From contig CM052817.1 in the NCBI GenBank assembly GCA_028534125.1, forward strand, positions 97,280,001 through 97,344,000: a stretch of DNA of 64,000 nt, written 5' to 3'. Within the stretch, counting starts at the first letter, position 1. Each line of letters opens with the position of its first letter. The translations under genes and the position numbers were made by a program. The stretch comes from Lama glama. Lineage: Eukaryota. Shown here piece after piece: positions 52,213-64,000 of the stretch. The notes beneath the pieces are model-generated. The model saw only the letters and a program-made list of their open reading frames with translations. It made no database searches and was not told the DNA's origin.

Positions 52213-52939
52213 TGATTACATTTTAAATATTGAAAGGAAAGGTTGTCTGAAAGATCTTTTATTCTATCATTTAATAATGACATTTCTCAACCATTTCTCC
52301 ACTATTCTCCTTTTAAAATAGTGACTTTTATTCAAGATTTCTAATTAATGGCTACTAACACTCTCCATTCATATCCTTTTTTGAATGCAACTTCAGTTCA
52401 TATTGGATAGGAAAAAATAAAACAATCAGCACTTACGTAATGCTAGCAATATCAAATCGCAGAGCCCAGTTCAACCGGGAAGATGCTATGCACAGGCCAG
52501 ATGAAAGACCATCAACCTAGACTAATTCTGCACTGGTTTTCCAATTAAATCACTCAACATGAGTGGGAGGGAGGAGAATGCAATGTGTTTCAGAAATTCT
52601 GATACAGTTAATTAAAAAAAAAGAAGAAGAAAGTAAAAAGGAGTCATGATCTCCCAAATTGTACAAGATGCAGAAAGAGAGTGAAAACTACCTTTGTTCT
52701 TTGTCTGATTCTGTATTGAGGCAGATTTGATTTAAATCCTGATCTTAAATACAGAGGTTTCCCCACCATGGCCCCTGGGTACAAAGCTCATGAACAATAA
52801 GTCTAATATAATGCCTATACCAATGTCAAGGAGGTCAAAACTCTAAAAGTCTTACCTAAAGATATGCTTTCCTACAATTTTTACTGTTTTTTTTTCTTTC
52901 AAATCAAATACTTAACGTACAGGAAGCAACCAGAATTTA

Positions 52940-53053
52940 TTTTTTTATAAATTTTTTTTTAGTGGAGGTATTGAGGATTGAACCCAGGACCTTGTGCATG
53001 TTAAGCATGTGCTTTACCACTGAGCTGTACCCTATACCCACACCTCCCCCTAG
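52940..53053 (-). mobile_element. Camelid-type tRNA-derived SINE
   Basis: Reverse complement of gggtacagctcagtggtaaagcacatgcttaacatgcacaaggtcctgggttcaatcctcaatacctcc. Flanking agaattta repeat. Confidence 0.88.
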
Positions 53054-55029
53054 CTAGAATTTAAATATTCCACATTTTCTTGAGAACCAAGGCATACTGA
53101 CTTAATTACTTCCTGAGAAGGGGAAAATTCATTTTTAAATGTAATGTTTGTAAAGCAACCCTTTACTGTTTCTAAAGCAGTTTAATATTCGTGTACTAAT
53201 TTTTATCCTCCTAAATCTGAGAGATGGGTAGGGCAGACACTTTTAAGATTTATTTTCTTCTATTTCTAGAAGAGGAAACAGAAGTTCAATTATTTGCTCA
53301 AAGACTCGGAGTGGGCAGTGTCATCCTGGCCTGCAGTCCAGGCTGTCAAACCGATTCTCTCTCTTCACATTACACCTCTATGTAGAAATGATTTTGGAAA
53401 CTGTGTGGGTGATGTTTCATTACACAGCTTCTTACTGGAGAACTCTCACAGTAAGTGTTTAAATTGTTGGATAATATCCAAAAAGCCTTTCACTAAAAAT
53501 GTAAGTGGTCAGTATGGCTTCTAAGAGGGCGGTGTGAGTCTCCAAACTCAAGCCCTGGTTCTTCCTCTGAACCGAAGGAGAAAATAAAATAAATGAAGAG
53601 ACTATGAGGGAGGAGAAGGCATTTGCATTTTCCCTCAAATTATACAGTTTGGGTTCCATAAAAGAAATATAATTTAACAAGCCAGTACTACATCTATGGT
53701 GCTATGTGTAAAAGTGCAAATTTCTATTAAACTTCCTTCAAACCTCACCCCATCTTCTCCTCAGCTAATGTGCTACGGTGACTTTTCAGTGCCAGTTGAC
53801 AGTTACGATGCCTTTCTAGATGACTATTCCTTAATCTTCTGTTGCATTTCATTGGCTTTATTTTGTGTTTTTACCATTAGAAAAGTAAACAGAACATTTT
53901 AGTAAGGATGCATGAGGTTATCAGACGCCAGCGATTTGGTGGCGCCCTTAGTCTTACACTGTAAGGAAAAAGGACTTTCCTCACCCTTCCTTGGGGATCA
54001 CTCTTTGCTACATCAGGTTCCCTGTTAAATTGGCAACACAGCACATGCAGGAAGGTAATGCTTTTGTAAAAGGAATGTTACAGTCAACAAATTCCAAGCA
54101 CTAGCATGTTAAGGAGCTTCAAATAGGTTGAGCCCGAGGGCAAGTGGAAACAATCTACATTGCTACTGAGCGGTGCCGCAGTTTCTTGGTGTCAGCCTGC
54201 TCTTCTCTAGATGTGAACTTGGTCTGTGATATTGGAGGGGGCGGAGTGTGGAGGGGGGCAGAGAGAGGATGTGAGCCTGTGCCCAGATGCTTGTATGATA
54301 ATTTCATGTGGTTCTGAAGTCGTCTTGTTGACATTCCAGGTCTCCCCTAGAAGAGTCGTCACTGGGTGACTGAGTGAGGTGGTGCAGAGCTCTGCACGCG
54401 TGTGTGTGCATGTGTTACGGGCATCTGCTTATTTCTTGAGAAATTATTAGCCTCTCTCTCTCTTTCCAATCTAAGAGCTCAGGATGGGCTGTGAACAAAG
54501 ACACCAAGGAATAAGTGTAAAAAGAGAAAAACAAAATCACTACACTGGATATGGCTGGTTTTAAAGGGCAAAAAAATTACAGCAAAAATTTTGGAGACTT
54601 GAAACACTGGCTTTTTTTTTTCTACAGAATTTTTCTGTCTTTCCAATCATTAGTGGCTTCGTGTTGTGGCTTCCTACAGTGTCATAAGCTGCAAAAATCA
54701 CCATTTAGAACCTCTAATATGAACAGTAACAAAGGCACAACGGCCCCTACAGCCCACACCCTGCAGGCCTGCTCCACTGGTGCTGCGGGCACCAGCATTC
54801 AATGCATTCAGTGTCACTGCACAACTTCCACGTACTGCACCGAACAGCCAAAGCAGCCTCTGACATCTGTTGCCTAAAACTAAGCTGATCTACCAAACTG
54901 TCTTATAGCTAACCATGCAGTTTATTTTAAAATATGAAAGAAAATATCTCCAAGTAAAAAAAGTGAACTTTTTCAGAATTTTGTGTCTGCTCTTCCATAG
55001 AGACTCTTTATCCATTTGGATGAACTGAT

Positions 55030-55650
55030 GTCTACAGCCTGCGCAGTTTTAAACTCCTCTCGTCATCCCCGTTCTCAAAGTGTTTTGTTCCCAAGTCTCC
55101 GTCAGAGATCTCCGTCATTTCCCAGAACTGACCCACTGTCGGGGTCCTGCCAGTGGGTCCTTCTCACCCCTCAAACCAGGCCTTCTGCTCAACTGCACCC
55201 AAGTCAGGCCATTCTTACTTTCCATCGTCCACAATCCCATCCTGGTCATCTTCTCTTCCTCGAGGCGGTGCCTGCCACCGGCCACTGCACAAACACCAAG
55301 GGACAACACTGCCTGCGCCACTGTGTTGATTTTGAACTTGTAAGAGACTCGCTGTGTTTAAGAAGGGCTGAGATTTCTCACTGCAACAGGAGGGCCTGAG
55401 TCTGGCCTCTGGTGTCTTTGTTCAGTCACCACCTCCACCTCTGGGCACCAGACAGGTCCTCACTGAACCTCCAGGGAGCAGACTCTGGTTCAAACCCCCA
55501 TCTTCCCATCCCTCCACTGCCTGCACCCACTTCAATGCCTGACCGCCTCCTCGTCCTCCCCGTCTTCCGGGGCTCTGGTCTGGCATTGACTGTAGTCAAT
55601 TCAGCAGTTTTCATTTTTGGTGTCAAATCATTCTCAAGGGGACGGAACCA
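55030..55650 (+). mobile_element. Probable L2 internal fragment
   Basis: Pyrimidine-rich, C-rich composition typical of L2 ORF2 remnants. The overlapping ORFs give no recognisable protein. Confidence 0.35.
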
Positions 55651-56204
55651 TGTAAGCTGCACAATCTTAGGGGCACCATGAGTGATGTTCTGTGAGAGAA
55701 GCCGTGTGTCCGCCGCTCTCGGGTCCATTTTCCGACCCACAGGCATCCAGCGGCCAGCAGAGCTGAACAGTTAGGAACTTCCAGCTTCGTAGGAGGAAGG
55801 CTGTTCTCGCCCCGGTGCTCTGAGCCTGCTGGGTGACATCTAATTTTTATCATATCCAGGAAATGAAACACGGGATGACAAAAACTTTAAATAAAGCTTT
55901 AGATTAATATCAAGATGTTCAAGAGCTCCTTGAGGATGGTAATGGTAATTTTTTTTTAATAAAATAAGGAGTTCATTCCTTAAGAAAAAAAATGGAGACT
56001 ACCCAATTTCTTTCCCATTAGGGGCAAGAGAAATTCAAATTAGAGTTTCAACCTGGAATGGCTAGGAGTTAATTATTTAGAGTAGAGTGGGGTAACCGTT
56101 AAATTATAATGTGCTCTTCCTAAGTGTTTTAGAGCCAGAGATGTTGCCCTACTTTTTGGTGGGTAAAAATAGTTGGGATCTGATGTAACTCCATGAGAGG
56201 CAGG

Positions 56205-56470
56205 ATAGCTTATGAGCCAAGTACACAGTCACAATGCCTGGGCTTCCTGGGTTCAAATCCCAGCTCGGCCACTTCGTCCGATCTGGGGGACCTGGGACTG
56301 ACCCCCTCACCTTGCACATGTCTCAGATGACTGACTGCTAACGCAAGGATAGATAATAACTGTGCCTATTTCATAGGATTATTGGGAGGATTAAAATAAT
56401 AATATACAATAAAGTCCTTTGCATGATGAGCACAAAATAAGTCCTGAAATGTTTACTGCTATTGCTATTA
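56205..56470 (+). mobile_element. MIR SINE, near full length
   Basis: cctgggttcaaatcccagctcggccactt...ataataactgtgcctatttcataggattattgggaggattaaa...tgtttactgctatt. Confidence 0.8.
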
Positions 56471-57739
56471 ATTTTCAGAGCAGAAGGATCATACCATTAA
56501 GCCTTGTTAAAAAATAGTGTTTTCCTTGTCACAACACTTGCTTAGAAGAGTTTGGATTTAAAGATACTACCTTTCAAAACTCGAAAAACTTTCAGATTTA
56601 AGAAAGCTGCTATGAGGAAAAATTGAGATAAAACGTGGGGTACCTGGCACAGCGCCTGCCTGGCATCTAGTAACTGCTCCGTACATAACAGCCATTATTC
56701 CAGGAGCAGGTGGTTGACACGGTGAGGAACGTTTCTAGCCCTGCTCCCTAACATAAACCAAGCTATGTTCCCTTCATACCGATGGGAGAGTTACTTTTTA
56801 AATTTCAGGTTAAAATTTACATGAAAAGAACAGGCACATTACAACCAAAGCAGCTCACGAAAGTTTTCTTATAAACAGGCAACCCCCTAAACTCGTTTTT
56901 AAGAACATTGTAGGCCAGGTGACTCACCACTGTCTGTGGCAGGGGAGGCGGGGGGCTTAGAAAACCCAGGAAGTAGCTAGTTTCTGCCAAGGCCAAGGGC
57001 ATCTATGCTCTGCGCCATCCCCATTCCTGGCTCTATTTTTCTCTTTCTCACTCTCATCTTCCCTTTGTTCTGCTTTTCATTCCACTCCTTAGAAATTTCT
57101 CTCTAACTCATGGAAAGCTGTGAGCTGCCTTGGATCCTATTCTGGCACAAGATGAACAGAAACACAAACACAGGGAAAAACTGCAGACTAATCACTGTGC
57201 TTCTCATTTATACTTTTCAAATGTGCTGCTTGAAGTGCACCTTCATTTACCATCTTAAGCCACGAGAAGCTCTCTTTGGATAATACTAATTTGCTTTTGG
57301 TCTATGTGTCCTTGCTTTGAATCATTTTCCAGTAAGTCACTTCAACATATTTTTGACTTTGGAGAAACAGTGACAGAAAGAAGGGTGAATCCCATACATA
57401 TACGTAAATAGTTATCAAACAATCACCAAATGTGGCTCGAGCACCTGTTACATGTTTGGCATTATCTCTGCACTAGTTAGCAAATCAAATCTCCTCACTC
57501 CTGTGTTTGGTTGTAGGTTCTGGACTGGCTAAGATTCAGTAAGAATCAAGCTTAAGGATGAATAAAGAACAAAAACTGGAATTGAAAGTTCCAAAGATAC
57601 GATAATTCCTGAAGTTCAGTTAAAACCTGGAAGATTCAGAGACCAAGTAACTAAGACTCTTCTGTGTACAGTTTGGAGGAGACAGAAAAATTATTCACAC
57701 ATGTGTATAAAACACACACACAAAACAATGTCCTAGGTT

Positions 57740-58760
57740 TATGTTCTCTAAGGTTCTAACCTTTGCTTATTCTTTGTTTCTCTAAATACCCATTTCTTGG
57801 GCAAATGCATCCATGCAACTTTCATGCATGATGATTCTAAAACCTTTATTTTCAATCCTACTCTGTTTCCCAAGCTTCAGAATCACACATCTAACTGCCG
57901 GTTAGACGCATGTGAATGTTCTACAGACATTTCAAACTCACTCTCCTAAATGGAATCTCATTCCAATCTCCTTTATCCTGGCAGTGCTTTTTTCCATAGC
58001 GCCTCTCAGCTTTTCATCTGCTACCCAAATAACTCATGCATCGTGGTTCATCTCTCCACCACCCCTCACTGGGATGTAAGCTCCAACATGGTGAGGATCT
58101 TTGTCTACTGTGTTCACCTGATCTTCACCCAAGAAGTCCCCAGGTATGCCTACAACAGTGTCTAGCATTTAGCAGATACTGAGTACCTTTTGTTGAATAA
58201 ATGAACTTTGCCTCCCACACCCCCAAAGCTGCTCCCACTCCAGTGTTCCCAGTCTTAGCAAAGGGCACCTGCAGTCGCGCCTGGGGAATCACCCTAGATC
58301 TTTGCTTCCTTACCTCCCACCTAGAGCCAGCGGTGTTACCTCCCAGGTAGTCCTGTCAGCTGTCCCTCCTCTCTCGCTCCCTAACACTGCTGGTCTAGCT
58401 CTGTCTCCGGTCATCTCTTACCAAAGTGATTTACAAGAGCCACTGTCCCTCTTTCAATAAGCATACCTCCCTTCAGCCAGATAGTAAATGCACACCTGCG
58501 CTTACCATTCTGCTGTATGAAAACATCCAGAGGCTCTGTTTTGCCCAAGGATAAATTCAGACCCCTCCGTAGAGTCCAGGACCTGGACCCAATCTGCGTC
58601 TTTGGCCTCCCCTTCCATCACCTCACACCTCACGTGCTCACAGGGGCAACTGCCTCTGGTGCCCTCTGAGCTTTGCCAATTCTCATCTTTCAGGATTCAC
58701 TTTGCGGGATCAATTCTTTAAGAAGCTTCCCTGACCTTCCAGGTTGGCCTAAATGTCATG
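57740..58760 (+). mobile_element. L2 fragments, including a 3' end at about 58060-58205
   Basis: cagaatcacacatctaactgcc...catttcaaactca; atgtaagctcc...gcctacaacagtgtctagcatttagcagatact...tgttgaataaatgaa. Confidence 0.75.
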
Positions 58761-59564
58761 GCTCTTGTGTTTCTATGGTAACCAACTGAAGGGCTACAAA
58801 ATATCTGGGGAAACACTCACAATTAACACTAGAGCCTCATGCTTATGTAAGGAGGAAAAGGGTATTCATAAAAATCAAAGATACAATCTACTGAGTAGAT
58901 ATTTATTTAAGCTCTTACAGTTAAGGAGTTAGAAAGAATCAGGTTACCTGGCCCCTAATTTCTGGTAAAGGAAAAAAAATAAAAAACCCTTAATCTTTAA
59001 AGTGTTTTGTGAGCAAACTGTAAGCCAGAGCAGCCCTTGGTTTCCTATCTCTGACTCAGCAGTTTTTCGGGAATGACAACAGCCTCTTATGCCAACTAGC
59101 TTCCTACTGGACACACGGGAACAGAGAGAGCTTAATCGTGTCGTGACCTGAAGACATCTAATAAGTATATGTTATTTCCTTGTTTTATCATTTCCTTAAT
59201 TTTAGATTGCCAGCTATGAGGGGATAGCTATATTTCAAGTGTTATGTAATATCATCCTGCTTTAGCTTGTGTCCCTCAAGTTCTCTATCCGCGGCACAAT
59301 TGCACCACTGCCACCCACTCCCCCAGACCTCATCCTTGCTCACACTCTTGCTGGCTGGGAACCCCTGCTCAAGAGTGCACGCGGCATCGATGGGGATAAC
59401 TTGGGTCCACGCCACGGTGAGACATGCTTTCATCTGGACCTGTTCAGCTTACACATTCACTTTAGAAAGGCGAAGAAAATTAACTATTAATCAACCATTA
59501 CATTTCCTTAAGAACATTTTCTCCCACAGAATAACCAATCTATGAGTTTAAAGATTTCTTACTT

Positions 59565-59843
59565 CTGGTTACCAGAGGGAGAAAGGGGGGTGTAGAGGGA
59601 TAAAGTGGGAGTCCAGGATTTGTAGATACTAACTACTGTACATAAAATGGATAAACAAGGACCTACTGTGTAGCACAGGGAACTATATTCAATACCTTAT
59701 AATAGCCTATAATGAAAAAGAATATGAAAAGGAATATATAGATACAGCTGAGTCACACTACACTGTACATCAGAAATTAATACAATATTGTAAACTGACT
59801 ATACTTCAATTTAAAAAAGAAAATAAAAAACCTGCCAGAAAAG
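59565..59843 (+). mobile_element. Young L1 3' end with exact TSD
   Basis: 15-bp TSD AAAGATTTCTTACTT at 59550-59564 and 59844-59858, at a TT|AAAG endonuclease-type site. Body matches 25935-26205. Confidence 0.93.
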
Positions 59844-61009
59844 AAAGATTTCTTACTTATATGCTGTGAAGTTCATGTAAAAGGAATGAGGTACATGTTT
59901 CCAGCCTTGGGTACCTTAAAAACTGCGTATTTGAGGACTCCTGAAATTAATCTACAATTAGATCTTTTAAAGCAATTTCATTTCAGGAAATAGATTTATA
60001 AGTACTTAAAGGGAAATGTCTGAGTGTGGAAAAAGACATCATATGATTTTGGCTGATCGTACCAAGATCTGGACTCTTTAGCCTAACAGGTCTGCTTACA
60101 AAACTATAAATCTAGTTGACTTTACACAATAATGAACTCTCTTCCTCTTTTACAGTGCTATAACTCTTCCGTGATTTGTGGTAGCTGTGTCTTCCAGACA
60201 CTGCTTATATACTGAGTATCCAGAAAGGAAATTAGGTTATAAAATAGTATGCTGAGTGTAGTCAGCTCTATTCATTGAGGGATCACAAAGTAAAATGCAC
60301 AGGAGATGAAACTAACAGCAATTTACAGTTGGAAAGAGACTGAGACAGTAAGAACTCAGACTAGAATTAGAAGTTGCAGATAGAAGTCCAAATGCCTGCG
60401 TAAATTCTTGGGCCAGTTTCACTGCTAATTTACTGACTCGGAGGGAAGTCATTTAACCTCAAATGAGCTTATGCCATACAGGTACATTCACATGTACACT
60501 CATTTATGTAGCAGCTACTAAATATCTATGGTGTTGCCAGTTTCCAGAGATAAGACTCTGTCCTGCCCTAAAGACATCCAACAGGGGAGCTAAAAGTCCA
60601 GTTCGTGGCTCTCAGTATTTTCTCTACTGTGTAACTCCCAAGCTGGGACTGTCCCCATCAGTTATGGAGATTTGTTACAGGAGTAAATCTTGGTAGTTCA
60701 GTCCACATGTTGGAAAATGTGGAAAAGCCCCCTCCAGAAAATTTCGACAGACACTCCATTTCACCCACCTGCCCTGCCCCAACATCCTTTGTGAGAACTG
60801 CTGGCCTAGGAGGATCTTACAGCCTCGAAGGGCAGTTCTATGGGCAAAATTACGTATTACGGGAAAAACAAAGATCTAACAGTGCAGCGTTGCTGAGTCA
60901 TTTACACAGTCTCTGTGCACGGATATGCCCAGAGAACTTCAGCATCTGTTCCTAGAGCAGAGTCAAGATCTAGTATTTTAATGCCATTTTATGATGTATA
61001 AAATCTGCA

Positions 61010-61200
61010 AAAACAGTGTTTTCATGTAAATTTTCATAGCAATAGGTTGGGCAATACTACCTTTTCCACTTACATATGAAGAAAAGGAGGTCCAGGTAGG
61101 TTAAATAACTTGCCGTCATCTCATACCTAGAGAGTGGCAGAGCTGGAAGTTAAAACCAAGTCTTCTGGACCCTAACGTCAGTCCAGTTTCCACCACTAGG
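61010..61200 (-). mobile_element. MIR SINE
   Basis: ttccacttacatatgaagaaaaggaggtcc...ggttaaataacttgcc...agtggcagagctggaagttaaaaccaagtc. Confidence 0.7.
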
Positions 61201-61218
61201 GAGAACCCTGCTTAAAAA

Positions 61219-61219
<1 letters not shown>

Positions 61220-61251
<32 letters not shown>
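61220..61251 (+). repeat. (TG)16 microsatellite
   Basis: Read directly from the sequence. Confidence 0.95.
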
Positions 61252-61255
<4 letters not shown>

Positions 61256-62886
61256 CTTATTCTTTTTCATAAGATAGAAAGGTCCTGACAAACCTTCCAG
61301 GCAAATTAGCAATTCAAATTTAAAAATAAAATGGTAAGCTTCCAATTTAAGGCACAGTAATACGGCTCTTAACTGATATTAATGGTTAAAAAAAATTTTC
61401 TGCATGAGGCTTCTAAGTGTTTCTACACTAAATGTTTAAGAAGAAAAAATAAGCGCATATATACATCCCATTAAACAGAACACAGAGAACGTAACTTACA
61501 CTGAAAACAAATGGCGAGTGGTCTCCCTACACAGTCAGCGCTAGGTCGTGTTTCTCCCGCCTTCTCTCTAGCGGTCATGTCCAGTTCTGCCCCTGGTGTT
61601 TTTAGTTCCTTCCGATTGTAACGAACTCCCCTCCTGTCAGCAACCTCTACCTGCTTAGAAGTCTCTGCTTTTGTAATCTGAGGAGGAGTGTGAGGTCAAA
61701 GCCAGAAAACAACCTTAATAAGTATTCAAATATAAAACCACACATGCATGTTTGCCTGTGTGTATGTATGCACACACACAGCCACATATGCATAGAGACA
61801 CACTACGGGGACCACACTTCATCTTCTCAATGTCTGCATCACTTCCCTAATCATCACCAAGCAGGCATCAACAGAATGACATACAGAGAAGGACTTTTAT
61901 GAACTCGGGAATGATGGAAAATGGAAAGAACAGATTATGAGATTATTAGAGTTATGAGGCCTCAGTTTGGATCTAGGTTTGGGATCATAAGACTTTAATA
62001 TGGGCCTAAGTTTGGCCCAATGATTCTGAATTGATTAGTTGACTGGGTCTGATCCCAAATGTCTACCTGTAAAAACGAATAAAAATAACATGCATATACC
62101 CAAACTTTGTGAAATTAGTGCCTGTAATTACACAAAACATTAAAAAAATAATTTCTTATTAAATCAAAAAGTTCTGATACAAAGATAGTCCTATTTCTCA
62201 CATGTTCTCTCTCTCTCACACACACCATAAAACAGTAAGCAGATACAAATACAGAACAAAAACAAGTAAGTCATTTACTCTCATGAAGTTTATATTTTAA
62301 ACGTATAGCTTTGTTTCACACAGATGAGCGTTAAAATTCTAATTCCCACACACACAAGGAATAAGCTACAGTTGTAAAAGTCTCAAATGGCACCTGTCAA
62401 GGTTCATTATCCATCACTGATCAGCTTTCCAATGAAAGAAAAAGATGTGCAGATACTTAGGCGTTTCCGTATTTATATGTGACTCAGTTACAAAAACAAT
62501 TCTTTCCTCAGCTACGACCAGAGACTACTTAAAACAACAAAAGCTAAGCAAAAACCTCCAAAAAGTTCTTTTGCTTCAGAAGCAGAGAAGGGCAGGTTCT
62601 GTAAGCAGCCAAAATGTGGGTTTTGATACGAAGGCTGACCCACAGGCAGGGCTACAAAGAGGCACCCACTCCAAGTGCCCTTCTCCCCACTGCTTTATTC
62701 TTACTTATCCCTCTGTTCACCAATTAGTAAGCCAAGGAGGGGAGTCCTCGTATTGGAAGGTATAAAGTGCCTTTAGAAAGACACCAGAGGTAAATCCTAC
62801 CTCCTTACCTTCTCCTGAGCCAGTCATACAGTTAAGGAAAGACAGAAGAGAGTGGCGGGGACAATAGTCTTAAATACATTGATTTC

Positions 62887-63385
62887 AGTACTATACACAA
62901 AATTTCTTCCCCCATTTTCTGGAAATCAGCCTTCTGGAACCCACCTTTTTCTCAGGGAAATGCTGGTCCCCACCATTGGTCTAAGTGGTTCAGGTTGGCC
63001 AACTCCAGCCAGAAGTAGCCTATCAGATGGCTGCTCTCCCCGGCCACAGTGACTGGTAGGGAGGGCGCCACGTGAGTCAAGTTCAGTCTATGGAAATTCA
63101 ACTGGGGGCTTTCATAAGGAACCCTGGGGACTGAAAACCTCTTTAATGGAAGCCTGGTGGCTGTCTCATCACTATGAGGGAACCTGCATAGGACTAGAGC
63201 CAGAGCAAAGTCAAGTGATGGAGAGAATGAGAGTGAGTTCGAATGACCTGGCTTAAGACCATGGCTTGCCTGAAACCAAGCCCACACTAGGACTTTCCAG
63301 TTATATGGGCCACTGAATTTCCACTGGTGCTTAAGCCAGTCTGTGTTGACTTTTCTGTCACCTATAACCAAGAGCCCAAATCCCA
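62887..63385 (+). mobile_element. LTR33-like ERVL LTR
   Basis: ttcttcccccattttctgg...ccccggccacagtgactgg...ggactttccagttatatgggcc...gcttaagccagtctgtgttg...ttctgtcacctataaccaaga. Confidence 0.75.
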
Positions 63386-64000
63386 AGAAAGAAATGCAGA
63401 ACTACTATTAGCAATTCAATGCTGGGCTTGGGAACTATTAAATAATTAATAGTGTAAATAATATAAAATCATGTACCATCAATTAAATAATGCAGAATCA
63501 ATCCCAGAAGCACAGAAATAACTACTCGGTCAGCTTTATTCCATCCCAGAACTGAGGACATTTCATCAGCAAAACAAAGACAAAACATTTGAGTCGTTTA
63601 TACTTAAGCCTCTGAAGTACCAATTCATCTCTCAGAAAAATGTCCTAAGAAACACACCTGCAGGAATCTTATGCTGAACTCCTTAGAGAGAATGAGTGCC
63701 AATTACAGAATACTTCTACTGATAGCAAAAAATTCTACACTTTGACCAGTCATAGCAGTCAACATTAATAAAACCATCTGGCCTAAGTCTGATGTTAATT
63801 AACTGCTTGTACGTAAGGTTGGAGGAAGGCAAAGACAAACTAAAAGACCATTTCTCCTTACAGAGTACAATTACTTGGACAGAAGCAAAAGCTAGAATAG
63901 ATACACTTAAAGAATCTCAGTCAAATTTCTCATTTAATGTACTGGTTTGGAAATCTTCAGTAGGATTTCAAATGGGGACCTGGAATCTCAAGCAGCTGTT

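Noticed and set aside
50794..52516. Second chain of minus-strand exon candidates (about 52516-52437, 51165-51078, 50863-50794)
   Set aside because: Weak acceptors and an unrecognised peptide; not supportable as CDS.
53931..53947. CTCF-like GGTGGCGCCC
   Set aside because: Three mismatches in the 5' half of the core motif; too weak without ChIP data.
1..64000. CRISPR arrays, operons or other prokaryotic systems
   Set aside because: The sequence is mammalian, with no regularly spaced repeat-spacer array and no gene-dense region.

Overview
This is mammalian genomic DNA, most likely camelid. That call rests on five copies of a short tRNA-derived SINE (GGGGAGGGTATAGCTCAGTGGTAGAG...GGTTCAATCCCCAGTACCTCC type) and a matching young L1 family. 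The window is repeat-dense: L1, L2, MIR, LTRs and hAT/Tigger DNA transposons. I found no intact protein-coding gene that I can recognise, and most ORF-track entries are L1 remnants or chance ORFs. The one clear gene-derived feature is an intronless, disabled AKIRIN2 retrocopy on the minus strand (about 44896-45745), with a CpG-rich, promoter-motif-bearing 5' end. Other notable items are an ERV1-type solo LTR with TSD, a twin-primed 5'-inverted L1, two tracts of AT-to-GC-shifted old repeats, two repeat-free enhancer-like blocks, an unexplained 150-bp paired repeat, and a few speculative splice signals. Repeat orientation hints that the window lies in introns of a large minus-strand gene, but this is inference. 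I found no convincing novel biological system. Repeat family names come from recalled consensus sequences, and boundaries without TSDs are approximate.
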